Shown: positions 25,601 to 34,218 of the stretch, piece after piece
How the letters are laid out: the number at the start of each line of letters is the position of its first letter
Position numbering within the stretch: position 1 is the first letter of the stretch
Origin: Leidyana gryllorum EB-2025a
Taxonomy: Eukaryota; Protista; Apicomplexa
Length of the DNA: 64,000 nt
NCBI GenBank assembly: GCA_048772705.1
Contig: JBLWGC010000194.1
Coordinates: 62,001-126,000 of the forward strand
Direction: 5' to 3'
Translations under genes and position numbers: made by a program
The notes under the pieces: model-generated
The model's input: the letters and a program-made list of their open reading frames with translations, nothing else
Databases searched by the model: none
What the model was told of the DNA's origin: nothing

Positions 25601-26600
25601 AAGAGGCTCGTTGTCGGAGCACTCGGCTGCCGGGGCGGCAGGCACAGGGGCTATATTACGAGGTAAGAACAACTCGACTGTTTCGGGTTCATCATACGAG
25701 ATAGTGAGCTCGTCCTCCGTGAAAGCTCTTGGACGCTGTGTCGGTCCACCTGTTATGACCTTTTCTTTAGGCTCGCTCAAGAGTTTGCAGAGCGATTGTA
25801 CAGGCGAAATAGCCTTATAGCAGGTTTTCGGGCCCGCTACGACATGATCGGACCGCGGTAAGCCTTCGCATGATGCCTTGTCGCCGCAGAGACACTCATA
25901 AGTTTGCGACGACACTGCGGCTGGCTGACTGAGATGGATAGAGCACCGCTGCGGGAAGGAGGAGTCAAAGGACCACGAGACACAGTCTTTCAACTCGGCA
26001 CATTTGTGTTGGCACTCTTCCACAGAGGTGGCAAAACCTTCAGAAGCAACCCCGGAGATATCTACCTTCGCCGATATTTCCGCTCCGACCACTGTGCAAT
26101 CTGCGTTATCGCGAGACACAATACCGCAGTGTGCGGAGAACCACGGCCAATCGGAATCATTGGACTCCAGAGCCAAATAGGCGATACGGCAAGAAGCATC
26201 ATCAGCATCTCCCGCTATGGCGACCACCAAGTGAGCGTCTGCAAAGGGGGTGGGTGGGTGATGGCAACTTGAGTTGGCGGAGCGAAGTCTTACCCTCAAT
26301 GTTTCGGCCGACACCATCGTGCGTACAATAGTGAGCAGGGTCGGCAGCGTAAGCAGTAAGACATTCAGTGACCGAGGTGAATACGACAATGTTAGGAGGG
26401 AGGTGGTGATGAGGAGGCAGAGATTGGCAACGACATTGGCCACTATGCGGGTCGTAGCTTGGATTGTATGTCCAGAGGCGTCGAGTTTCGATCAGATTCC
26501 CCAAAGACAATACCTTGGTAACATTTGAGTACACCACACTGCTAACTTCTGCAAGAATCAGCAGCGGGGCACTGCACAAGAAAAGTATGCTGCTGTACAT
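1..26600 (-). CDS. Giant secreted/surface mucin-like glycoprotein with N-terminal signal peptide, Cys-rich head and PAN/Apple domain (3' end outside window; >8,800 aa)
   Basis: ATG at 26600 gives MYSSILFLCSAPLLILAEVSS (signal-peptide-like). A GTAAG...TTGCAG intron at 26239-26293 joins ...NIE to DAHLVVAIAG of the 2872-aa ORF. Thr/Ser/Glu/Pro repeats follow down to position 1, with no in-frame stop seen in 1-~8940. Several frame breaks occur between ~8940 and ~18360. Confidence 0.88.
1922..6520 (-). repeat. Mucin repeat block C: 93-bp (31-aa) units TTTASESTASGTEVESTTSTAEIQPPVTTTP mixed with 48-bp STTASESTGTSTATAV units and higher-order repeats
   Basis: Directly visible; grades into block B around 5950-8450. 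Confidence 0.9.
6520..19230 (-). repeat. Mucin repeat block B: 48-bp units TTTASESTGTSIATGV with spacer AVSSTEEPIVTPVGTEQVVTEETTTSTVEIQPPVTTTP
   Basis: Near-identical 48-bp units (plus strand gtgacaccagtagcgatcgaagtgccagtggactcagaggcagtggta). This block contains all the frame-disrupting indels. Confidence 0.95.
19560..24770 (-). repeat. Mucin repeat block A: 48-bp (16-aa) units TTTASEST(V/A)TP(V/L)(T/S)TGV, interspersed with a longer spacer ITSITEGPVVTPVGTEQVLTEEPTTSTLEIQSPNTP
   Basis: Directly visible coding tandem repeat with an intact frame. Confidence 0.95.
25820..26100 (-). other. PAN/Apple domain within the mucin head
   Basis: C...SVEECQHKCAELKDCVSWSF...RC...VVAGPKTC matches the Apple CxxxC-x5-C-x2-W/F-x-F and terminal GPKxC pattern of apicomplexan microneme adhesins (MIC4-type). 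Confidence 0.75.
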
Positions 26601-26989
26601 GTTGGCAGCGAACGAAAAAGACGTCAGGGATCGTTTGTGATCTCAACCCTGGCAGTACAAAACAATTCAGCTAGCTGCTCGAGTATGAGAAAAAAGTATT
26701 GAGATCTTTACGTCCCACGTCTCCGCGTCGCCCGTATCCCTTGTGCTATTCGCAAAATGATTTCATTGTTCGCGATCGGGCAAAAATGAAATAGGTCTAA
26801 TCATGACCAGGTTATGTTAGAGTGCACAAACTGAACACACAGTGCTAGAATCCTCAGCAGGTAGGAGTACCCCAGCTTGCTGCATGATGCTTCGGAATAG
26901 CTCCTTCCCCTCCTCAGTCTCCCACATGCCCGCCTCATTACCTTCGCTCGGTCTGAAAGCGAGTGTTGTATCGACAGATTGATCTCAAC

Positions 26990-27718
26990 TCACATCTTTT
27001 TTATCACGCGGGCTGGATTCCCCACTGCGATGGAGAAGTCAGGTATGTCGCGGGTCACCACCGATCCTGCCCCGATCACACAACATTTCCCAATTCGGAC
27101 ACCCGGTGTGATGACACACCGGCCGCCTATCCATGTGCGGTCCCCAATCTTCACTCCCATTGCATTTTCCAGTCCGAGCTCGCGCATCGTGGGATCTATC
27201 GGGTGATTGGCCGTGTAGATCTCAACATTGGGACCAATAAAAACACTGTTGCCTATTACAACAGGAGCTTCGTCCAGAATACCGAGATTATAATTGGCGT
27301 AAAATCCCGCCCCGATGTGGATATTGAATCCATAGTCACATCGAAATGTTTTCTCGATGTAGATCGGCTCTTCCATTGTTCCCAACAACTCCTTCAATGT
27401 AGCGTTACGTTCTTTCCCGTCTTCGGTGGGCAACTCATTGTACCGCGCAACCAACCGTTGCGCACGCAAACGGTATGATTGACAAATCGGCGTTGTAGCA
27501 AAGTAGGGCAACCCCAATGTCATCCGCTGCACTTCATTCAGCAGCTTCGGATCAGACGGGGCAAACGGCAAGACTTGTTCATCCCATGGTAACACGCAAG
27601 GTATACGACGCTGGTAGGCAGCTGGCAGGCATTCAGAAGCCAATTCAAAGGTGGGGGGGCCTTCAGCCGCGGGCGCGTCCAGCACTAATGCCAACGGACT
27701 GGGGTAGTCGGAATTCAT
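26990..27718 (-). CDS. maa: Maltose/galactoside O-acetyltransferase (Maa/LacA hexapeptide-repeat family), intronless
   Basis: FRCDYGFNIHIGAGFYANYNLGILDEAPVVIGNSVFIGPNVEIYTANHP...WIGG...PGVRIG...IGAGSVVTRDIP...AVGNPARVIK are canonical Maa motifs. Confidence 0.92.
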   Translation of the reverse strand: MNSDYPSPLALVLDAPAAEGPPTFELASECLPAAYQRRIPCVLPWDEQVLPFAPSDPKLLNEVQRMTLGLPYFATTPICQSYRLRAQRLVARYNELPTEDGKERNATLKELLGTMEEPIYIEKTFRCDYGFNIHIGAGFYANYNLGILDEAPVVIGNSVFIGPNVEIYTANHPIDPTMRELGLENAMGVKIGDRTWIGGRCVITPGVRIGKCCVIGAGSVVTRDIPDFSIAVGNPARVIKKM

Positions 27719-27820
27719 TGGAACTGCTGTCTATTACAATTACGATTGTTTGCGAAAACATTTGGGTTGGGACTGGGTGCTGCTGGATAGGAGGTGCAGA
27801 TCAAGGGTGCTGTCTCCACC

Positions 27821-28054
27821 ATGTCGGATCTCACAACTGGACAGTGGATATGGATTGGGATTGGAATCGCCGCAGGGGTTCTAATTCTGTGCTGCATAAT
27901 TAACATCATATGTGCGCCAATGTTCAAAGCTTGCCAATGTTTTTTCCGGTGCCTATGCCTCCCATGCAGGTGTGTGGCCAAGGCTTGTGGGTGTGCGGGA
28001 AAATGCTTTGGGCATCTCGGTGACCAAGACGACGGAAGAAACCCGGAAGTGTAG
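27821..28054 (+). CDS. Small single-pass membrane protein with Cys-rich juxtamembrane tail (paralog 1)
   Basis: MSDLTTGQWIWIGIGIAAGVLILCCIINIICAPMFKACQCFFRCLCLPCRCVAKACGCAGKCFG; aligns with the adjacent paralog. Confidence 0.75.
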   Translation: MSDLTTGQWIWIGIGIAAGVLILCCIINIICAPMFKACQCFFRCLCLPCRCVAKACGCAGKCFGHLGDQDDGRNPEV

Positions 28055-28107
28055 TTTTTTTTTGGTTCGTGACGTTCCACCCTCTGCTTTTACAGCATCG
28101 CGCAAAC

Positions 28108-28323
28108 ATGGGAGCTACAATGTCCACTGCAGCAGTCGTTGTGACTGTAATTGTATGCGTCATCGCCGCCTTGTTACTTTTGTGCCTTCTGTCGTGTGTT
28201 TGCCGCACGGTCTGTGCTTGTTGTAATTGCCTTTTCAAGATACTCTGCTGCCCATTCAAGTGCATTGCCAAGATCTGCGGATGCGGTGCCAAGTGTTTCG
28301 GCGATGACGACGACAAGGTCTAG
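28108..28323 (+). CDS. Small single-pass membrane protein with Cys-rich juxtamembrane tail (paralog 2; start at 28108 or 28120)
   Basis: MSTAAVVVTVIVCVIAALLLLCLLSCVCRTVCACCNCLFKILCCPFKCIAKICGCGAKCFGDDDDKV; shares the LCxPx(R/K)CxAKxCGCxxKCFG motif with paralog 1. Confidence 0.75.
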   Translation: MGATMSTAAVVVTVIVCVIAALLLLCLLSCVCRTVCACCNCLFKILCCPFKCIAKICGCGAKCFGDDDDKV

Positions 28324-28375
28324 GGCTCAGGTCAGCAAATGGGTGCAAGTGCACGTGCGGCATTTTTGGTAATGA

Positions 28376-30606
28376 ATGTCGTCGGCAAAGCCACCTGCCA
28401 AGCCACCTCCCCCCTTGAAGGTCAACCCGACAACTCCCGCTTCCAAACTTCTCCACAACAAGAATATTCCCAAAGCCCCAATCAAGTCCCCAAGCGAGAT
28501 TTCAAGGTCCGGAGCCCCTTCTGCCTCCAACGACCTCGCAGCCAGCGCTGCCAGTATAGATATCAGAAGTACTTTCAGTACGGATGATAAGCAACCTATG
28601 GGCTCACAGTTGTTACATTCATCAAACTCTCCACTGCTCAATAACCGGTCATCCTCCCAGGTTGAAATATTCCCATCACGTAGCAATTTGGACCTCCCAC
28701 CTCCGTCACCACTGATTTCGCCCAGCGATCTGGAAGAGAGTAGCAGCTCAGACTCCTCAACTTCGAAAGCACCGACACCAGCCATACCTCCGGTGCTACG
28801 AGAGATATTGGGAACTTTGATTATTCCACCCGTAGAAAGGCCGCGATGCACGTCCCTGCAGTGTTCCACTACGAATTGCTGCGGGAATCTACCACTCGAC
28901 AGCTCTCGGAAGACGACTCCTCTGTGCTGTGCACCAGCTGACGGTCCTACGCGACGCGCTGGAGGATACTCGTCATGTCTGCGAGATCCGCGTCTCCGAA
29001 CCACCGCTAGCTCATGTCTACAGACGTTGGGTCCAGCCGTTGACAAGATGCAGGATGCACTTCCCAAGCTGGAGCATCTTTTGGGAGTGAACGTGGCCAA
29101 AGTGCGAAGTCTTCGACACACTGGAGGAACCATTGTCCAACATGTTCACGATCTGTTGGCGGAGATTCTGGGATATCATCCGCCTCCTGAGTGGGTGCAA
29201 CAGATCAGTCAGCTGCTGTCAACAACAGCGCTTGCCCCCGCCTCCGAGGGTGCGGTTCCGGCAGAGGTTGGGGGGGCAGCTGAAGGAGACCGGCGGTATT
29301 CGACCAGGCGACTTTTGGCCACGCCGCCTCCATCACAGGGACCAGAAGGCACAAAGACTACAACAGGGTTGGCATTGTTGCGTCAATCATCCAGACAGCT
29401 CAAGAAGGATTTGAGTCGTTTGGGTTCGAGTGACAAACCTCCCGAGCCTCCAGCCCCGAGCCGCAGTTCTCTGGCAATTCCCGAAGAGGAGTCCCCGGCA
29501 GTCATCATTGAAGGACTGCGGACGCAACTGCGGGAAACCGAAGAGTATGCGGATAAGTTGAATGAGTATTGGACCACCAAGAATGAGAAGATCGTTCAGA
29601 GTTTCAATGAGACGATGGAGAATTTGCAGGCGAGATTCGCTGCGGAGTCCAAAGCTCAGACATTGGCTGCTGATGCTAAGCTACGGCAGGAGCTGGAAAA
29701 GCTGCAGATCTCCGAGGCGGCAGCTCGAGCCGAACTCGAACATCTGAAGGTAAAGTGTTCCAAAGGGCAGGCAGCTACACGACATCTTCCTTGTCATCGC
29801 AGGACAATCTTGAGGCCACCGAAACGAACCTGAAGGGCGAGCAAGGATCACTATCCGAAGCCCGTCGAGTCATCGCAAATATGACCGAACGTTTGAAGAA
29901 GGCAGAAGAGGATAAAGACAAAGCCGAGGAGAAATTGAAGGAAGAGAAAGATCAGCACTTGGCAATGCGAGAGCAGATCGAAGAGACCGTAGACGAAAGT
30001 CAAGCTCAAATCGATCAGTTGCAATCTCAGATCGCGAAATTGCAGGACTCAGCGATCGAAGCAGAGCAGGTGAAGGGCCGATTCCGCAGCGAAATGGCCG
30101 CAGTCAAAGGGATGCTCGACACGCTACAGAGTCGTGTAGAGCAGTTGCGTACAGATTTGAGACACTCCGAAGAGCTTCGGGAGGTTCTGGAGCGGGAGTT
30201 GAGGGATCAACGGGAATTCCTGGAGAGCGCTGAAGCAATGGTGATCGCGGCTGATGCCAAAGTGGCCAAACACGAAGCTGAGGAGAAACGGTGTTTGGAG
30301 AAAGCACAGAAATGTAGAGCCAAAGGTTTGGAGTATCGCAAGTTATGGCATCAGACTCGTGATCGGATCGGAGAAATCGATCTGATAGCTCGAGAAGTGG
30401 AGAGTTGGAGAGGGGATCAAGAGCAACAAATCAAACGGATGGAGCAGGGATGGAACAAAGATCGGGTGTTAATGGTTGAACAAGACGAACAACTCTCAGA
30501 ACTATTCCATCAACTGAGATTCTTCGCGGACTTGGCCGGCAGCTACGCAAAGGAGGTGGAGAATCTGAAAGATACTTTACGAAAAGTGTCAGCACCATTA
30601 TCGTGA
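28376..30606 (+). CDS. Hypothetical protein: Pro/Ser-rich N-terminus and long C-terminal coiled coil (2 exons)
   Basis: The 485-aa and 283-aa ORFs are joined in frame by a GT-AG intron at 29750-29802 (HLK|DNLEATE). The C-terminal half is E/K/Q/R-rich and heptad-like. A further short exon is possible after GTGAGT at 30603. Confidence 0.8.
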
Positions 30607-30840
30607 GTATCGGTGGTCGTCCGCCTTTTTTCCTTTTCTTCAAAAAGCGTCTAATTTCGACATCACCCGGGCTCGATTCCGGGTAAATCCAAAATGATAG
30701 CAGATGAGTTCGTCGGGCTAACGCTACCTCTGTGCTACGACTTGAGTCCTCTCTCAATGTCTTGGCGCGCGCAGCTGCCCTACGCAGTCAGCCCTGGTGA
30801 CAATGCCGTAACGTTTGGTGTGCCCGAATTGAGGAGACTC

Positions 30841-30912
30841 CCGAATGGAGGAGACTCGAACCCCCGACCGTCAGAACTTGAGTCCGTAGTCGTTACCATG
30901 CGCTACTGGTGC
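30841..30912 (-). pseudogene. Degenerate tRNA-like element (CAA anticodon arm, intact T-arm/B-box; acceptor and D stems do not pair)
   Basis: Minus strand reads GCACCAG TA GCGC ATGGTAA CGAC T ACGGA CTCAAGT TCTGA CGGTC GGGGG TTCGAGT CTCCT CCATTCG. It has near-canonical tRNA spacing, an A-box-like TAGCGCATGG and B-box GGTTCGAGTC. Confidence 0.3.
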
Positions 30913-31834
30913 AGTCGTCGAACATGACGTGGCACCGCAGACCAGTGCACAGCTTAGACGTGCGTGTAAGACGTGGTGGGGCCTTCTGAGGGGTCCCACA
31001 CCTGTTCTCCATCCTCGACTTGCCCTCACCCGTGAGCTGGTGGCTGGGTCTTGGCACTCGTGTTTTAGGTGGGATTCCAGCCGCCGAGCTGCGGGTTCCG
31101 AGTGGAGTAGCACCGCTCGCTACCGGATCACTATACTCACTGTAGTCATTCGCCAGTCGAGGCGGCTGGCCCAGGGTGAAGTGCAGGGCCGTGGATGCCA
31201 TCCTGCGACCTCCAGGTGGCCATTGCACCTCTCGCTCCGAGTTGAATTGGGCGTCACCCCATGTTGACTGATAATAGGGAAGACAGCGTCATATGATTGT
31301 TGATCAGGTGACAGAGAGGTGCTGGGCTGTTTGTTGTAACTAGTGCATTACACTTGTTGCTTGCTGCTGACACCGTTCGACAGACATATACCACTGAAGA
31401 CCTCTCGTGTCTCAAGCTGGCTCCCTATCAGTCGTTTGAGATTGGTTCATTGGCCGAGTCCCCAAGTCTCGTCCTACCCATCTACTGACAGCCGGCATGT
31501 GCTGGGCGTTCAACCGTGGCGGTCCGTTTTGAGAAGAATGCCAATGGATGCCGGCCTTCTTTGGGACCCGCCAATCCGTCGCCAGCCGCGGCTACATATC
31601 TGATCCGACGGTTATGGGATTGTATTCGACCACTGTGGCTGTCCAAGGAGGAGAGAATGGATTTCTGTCAAGTTTATGTGGGTTTGCCCGGATGAGCACT
31701 AGTCTACTGTTGCCGTCTGAGCCGAGTGTACTCACCCTCAGTCTTCAGCGGTTCTCTAGAGGCACCATGTTCGGGGCTCTCTCGTAGAAGTTTGCTCTTC
31801 TTTTACTTTTTTGCGGCCTGAAGGGCGAGTTGAC

Positions 31835-32851
31835 ATGCTGTCTTTGTCGAGAAGGTCGAAGCCGAGGGTCAAAACCGTCCTTCCCAAAGCTGAAGTCCGC
31901 GGTCACGAACATCTTAAGGCTGGCCAGTTCCGCCATATAAATGAAACTTTGTATACTGAAAGCTCGGAACAGTCTCTGCTCCGCATGAGGAGAGATCGTC
32001 AATATGACTTTGCAGCGAAGGTACGTACAGACGCATCGTGGTTGTGATATATTGGTACCAATGGATGCAGTATCACGAGGGGTACGCGGATCAGCAAAAG
32101 AAGTGGCCCAAGCATCCGCTCGATACCATCATTCCTTGGATTGAGAAGACCCTGCGTAAACGAACTGACGTGGTTGTTGACATGGGCTGCGGTGACGCTC
32201 GCATTTCGCGAGATTTGAAACCTCACGGTCGCCCCGTCGTCTCTGTGGACTTTGCTCCTCCACCATCAGCCCAACTCCCTCCCACAAGAGATTCGGCAGA
32301 GGAGTACCTGGCCAAAGGAGGCTTAATTCTTGGGAATGTGAAGAAGGTCAAAATGCTCCCGGCTGATTGCGCCAGGGCGGTCGTCTACTCTCTCTCGTTG
32401 ATGGGTACTGATTGGCCTCACTTCCTCGCTGAAGGCTACCGACTGTGTCAGCATGGGTGAGTTAGCGGCGGCACGCAGATTTTTCACATCCACGTCTGCC
32501 TGCAGGGGCTATCTAATCGTCGCAGAGATAACGTCTCGGATCAAGTCGGCGGACAAACTCATCCGAATTTTAGAGAGAAATGGACTCAAATTGGTCAAGA
32601 GAGTTGACTTGGAATCATACTTTTGTGTCTTCTTCTTCAAGGTCAAGAAAAGCCAAGAAAGTGGAGCAGCACCCTCAACGGAGGATGCTCCTCCTTCCAA
32701 GAAGAAACGAAAATTAGACACTTCCGTGGCTGTGCCCAGTACTTCGGCCACTTCCACCACTTTGCTGTTCGACCCGGATAGTATCAGCAGCAATCTCCTC
32801 GCCCCCTGTCTTTACCGGAAAAAGTCTTCCGGAACGGAAGTGACCAGGTGA
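31835..32851 (+). CDS. RRP8: Ribosomal RNA-processing protein 8 / nucleomethylin (LSU rRNA m1A methyltransferase), 3 exons
   Basis: GQFRHINETLYT, YHEGYADQQKKWPKHPLD, DMGCGDA, LSLMGTDW, IVAEITSR and C-terminal PCLYRKK; introns 32021-32070 and 32457-32505 restore the frame. Confidence 0.92.
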
Positions 32852-33429
32852 CTGATCTCCCAGAAAGCTGAACCAAGCAGCAGTGTTGTTGTATCATGTA
32901 ACCAAATAAGAGTTAACTTTCCCCTCAATGTTAGTCATTTTAATCCACCTGTGTCCGATGCCCTTTCTGAGAAGGTGCGTGTGATCCGCTGCGCTCGTTG
33001 GCAGATATGGTTATTTTTGGCTTTGGGGTCTCGGCGGAGCTATTACCTTCGAGCCCTACGCACGCGCACTCTACGGAAAGTCGAGCGGGGAACTGTCATG
33101 AACTGGTATTATTGGCACGCAACGGCAACGCTACGCACACGTGTGTCCCCCGTGGTTGGGGGTACTGTAGCGGGCTCAGGGTGTTTTGGAAGGCTCAAGG
33201 GCAACGATTGCCCCAAGAGTGGTCGGCTTGACTCCATGTGACACAGCTGTCTGAGGCAACGTGCCTGGTCTGGGTCTGGCTTGCCACGACGAAGCGGACA
33301 TCTACCCACAATGATGACTGTACTCGAGTTCAGTACCGGGTTTTGGTCTAGTAGCGGGGACTGGATATGCTTGGAGACTGCGCAGAGTGAATTCTTGATG
33401 GCAAGGCGCTGTCGGTAAGATAATCATGC

Positions 33430-34110
33430 ACGCCAATTCGTCTTTGATTATGGCGAATTGGTTTGGGGAAACCTTCCCGTGCTGCGGTAGGGGTCCGAGC
33501 TATCATTTCCACTAAACGGTGGTGTTTCCGTGTTGCTTATTTCGGGATATTCTATTGGTGGGTCTAATGGTGGCGATAAGCGACATCGGGTGATCTCCGC
33601 CGTGTCCGCGTTTCCGCTGTTAGAGATGAAAGAGGCTTTGTGCGAAGGAGTGTCGTATGCGATACAGTATCACCGGGTTAGACCAGGCGGAAGAGAACGT
33701 TCTTTGTTGCTGCAAGTGATATGGATGGAGTCTTCTTGGCGAGTATGCGATCTCCAGGTTTGAGGAGGCGCTAGTATTCTGTTGGTGTCCGTGGTGACTG
33801 CAGCTGTGGTTTTGTCTTCTCCTTTGTCGAGATCTGAGATCTTCTCTTAGGTATTCTAAGTAAGTGCCTGAAAGTCCCGTGTGGTTTGGGCCGGATCCCT
33901 TTTCCTCCATAGAGGGAGGCGATTGCGCAAGTAGGCCTTTTTTGATTGGTCATCGGGGGTGCCGATGTGGGTTATATGTCCCTTACACTGTCTGGAACCA
34001 CCAGAGGTCACAATTCAGTGGGGTGGGCAAAGGGAAGAGGTTCGATCGGTAGAGATTTGCGAGTTGACTATTTCTGCTGTGAAGTAGGTTAGAGACTGGG
34101 TAATTGAGGC
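33430..34110 (-). mobile_element. Probable decayed LTR-retrotransposon (Ty3/gypsy-like) integrase C-terminal remnant
   Basis: Across stops and frameshifts on the minus strand, in order: YPVSNLLHSRNSQL (~HPQSNGxxERxNxTL), V*GTYNPHRHP (~aYNxxxH), SLYGGKGIRP (~LyGRxxRxP), YLEYLREDL, RLLKPGDRILAK (~lxxGDxVl), FSSAWSNP (~klxpxWxGP). No intact ORF. Confidence 0.4.
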
Positions 34111-34218
34111 GTAGTGTTGGTTGTATTCATGTAACTATTAAGGGTTAACAAAAGAAGGATTGAATACCCTTGCACGGGTTGACGAGAAGCTTCTTTTTTT
34201 GGGCGAGATTGACTGAAG

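Noticed and set aside
282-25820. Long plus-strand Val-rich ORFs (up to 1787 aa), Ser/Gly/Arg-rich ORFs, and minus-strand Leu/Pro-rich ORFs
   Set aside because: They are antisense or alternate-frame shadows of the Thr/Ser repeat codons. The repeat unit lacks stops in these frames, and they have no signal peptide or unique domain.
26294-26443. ORF-track start MANVVANL for the 2872-aa mucin ORF
   Set aside because: An upstream ATG at 26600 with a signal peptide and a canonical 55-bp intron gives a better gene model; the track start lies in a different frame of exon 1.
28327-29133. 268-aa minus-strand ORF, and similar antisense ORFs over RlmN, the subtilases, the Nup-like gene, MetAP2 and gp210
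   Set aside because: They overlap better-supported genes on the opposite strand and have no recognisable motifs.
31133-31300. U1 snRNA-like motifs (ATACTCAC at 31133, CCATTGCAC at ~31220)
   Set aside because: There is no GATCAxGAAG loop I between them, the spacing is too long and no Sm site follows; probably chance.
30694-31488. Possible small multi-exon plus-strand gene (ORFs 30694-30927, 30929-31267 and an exon-like stretch 31384-31488)
   Set aside because: I could not build a consistent spliced frame or recognise a domain, so it is left unannotated pending RNA-seq.
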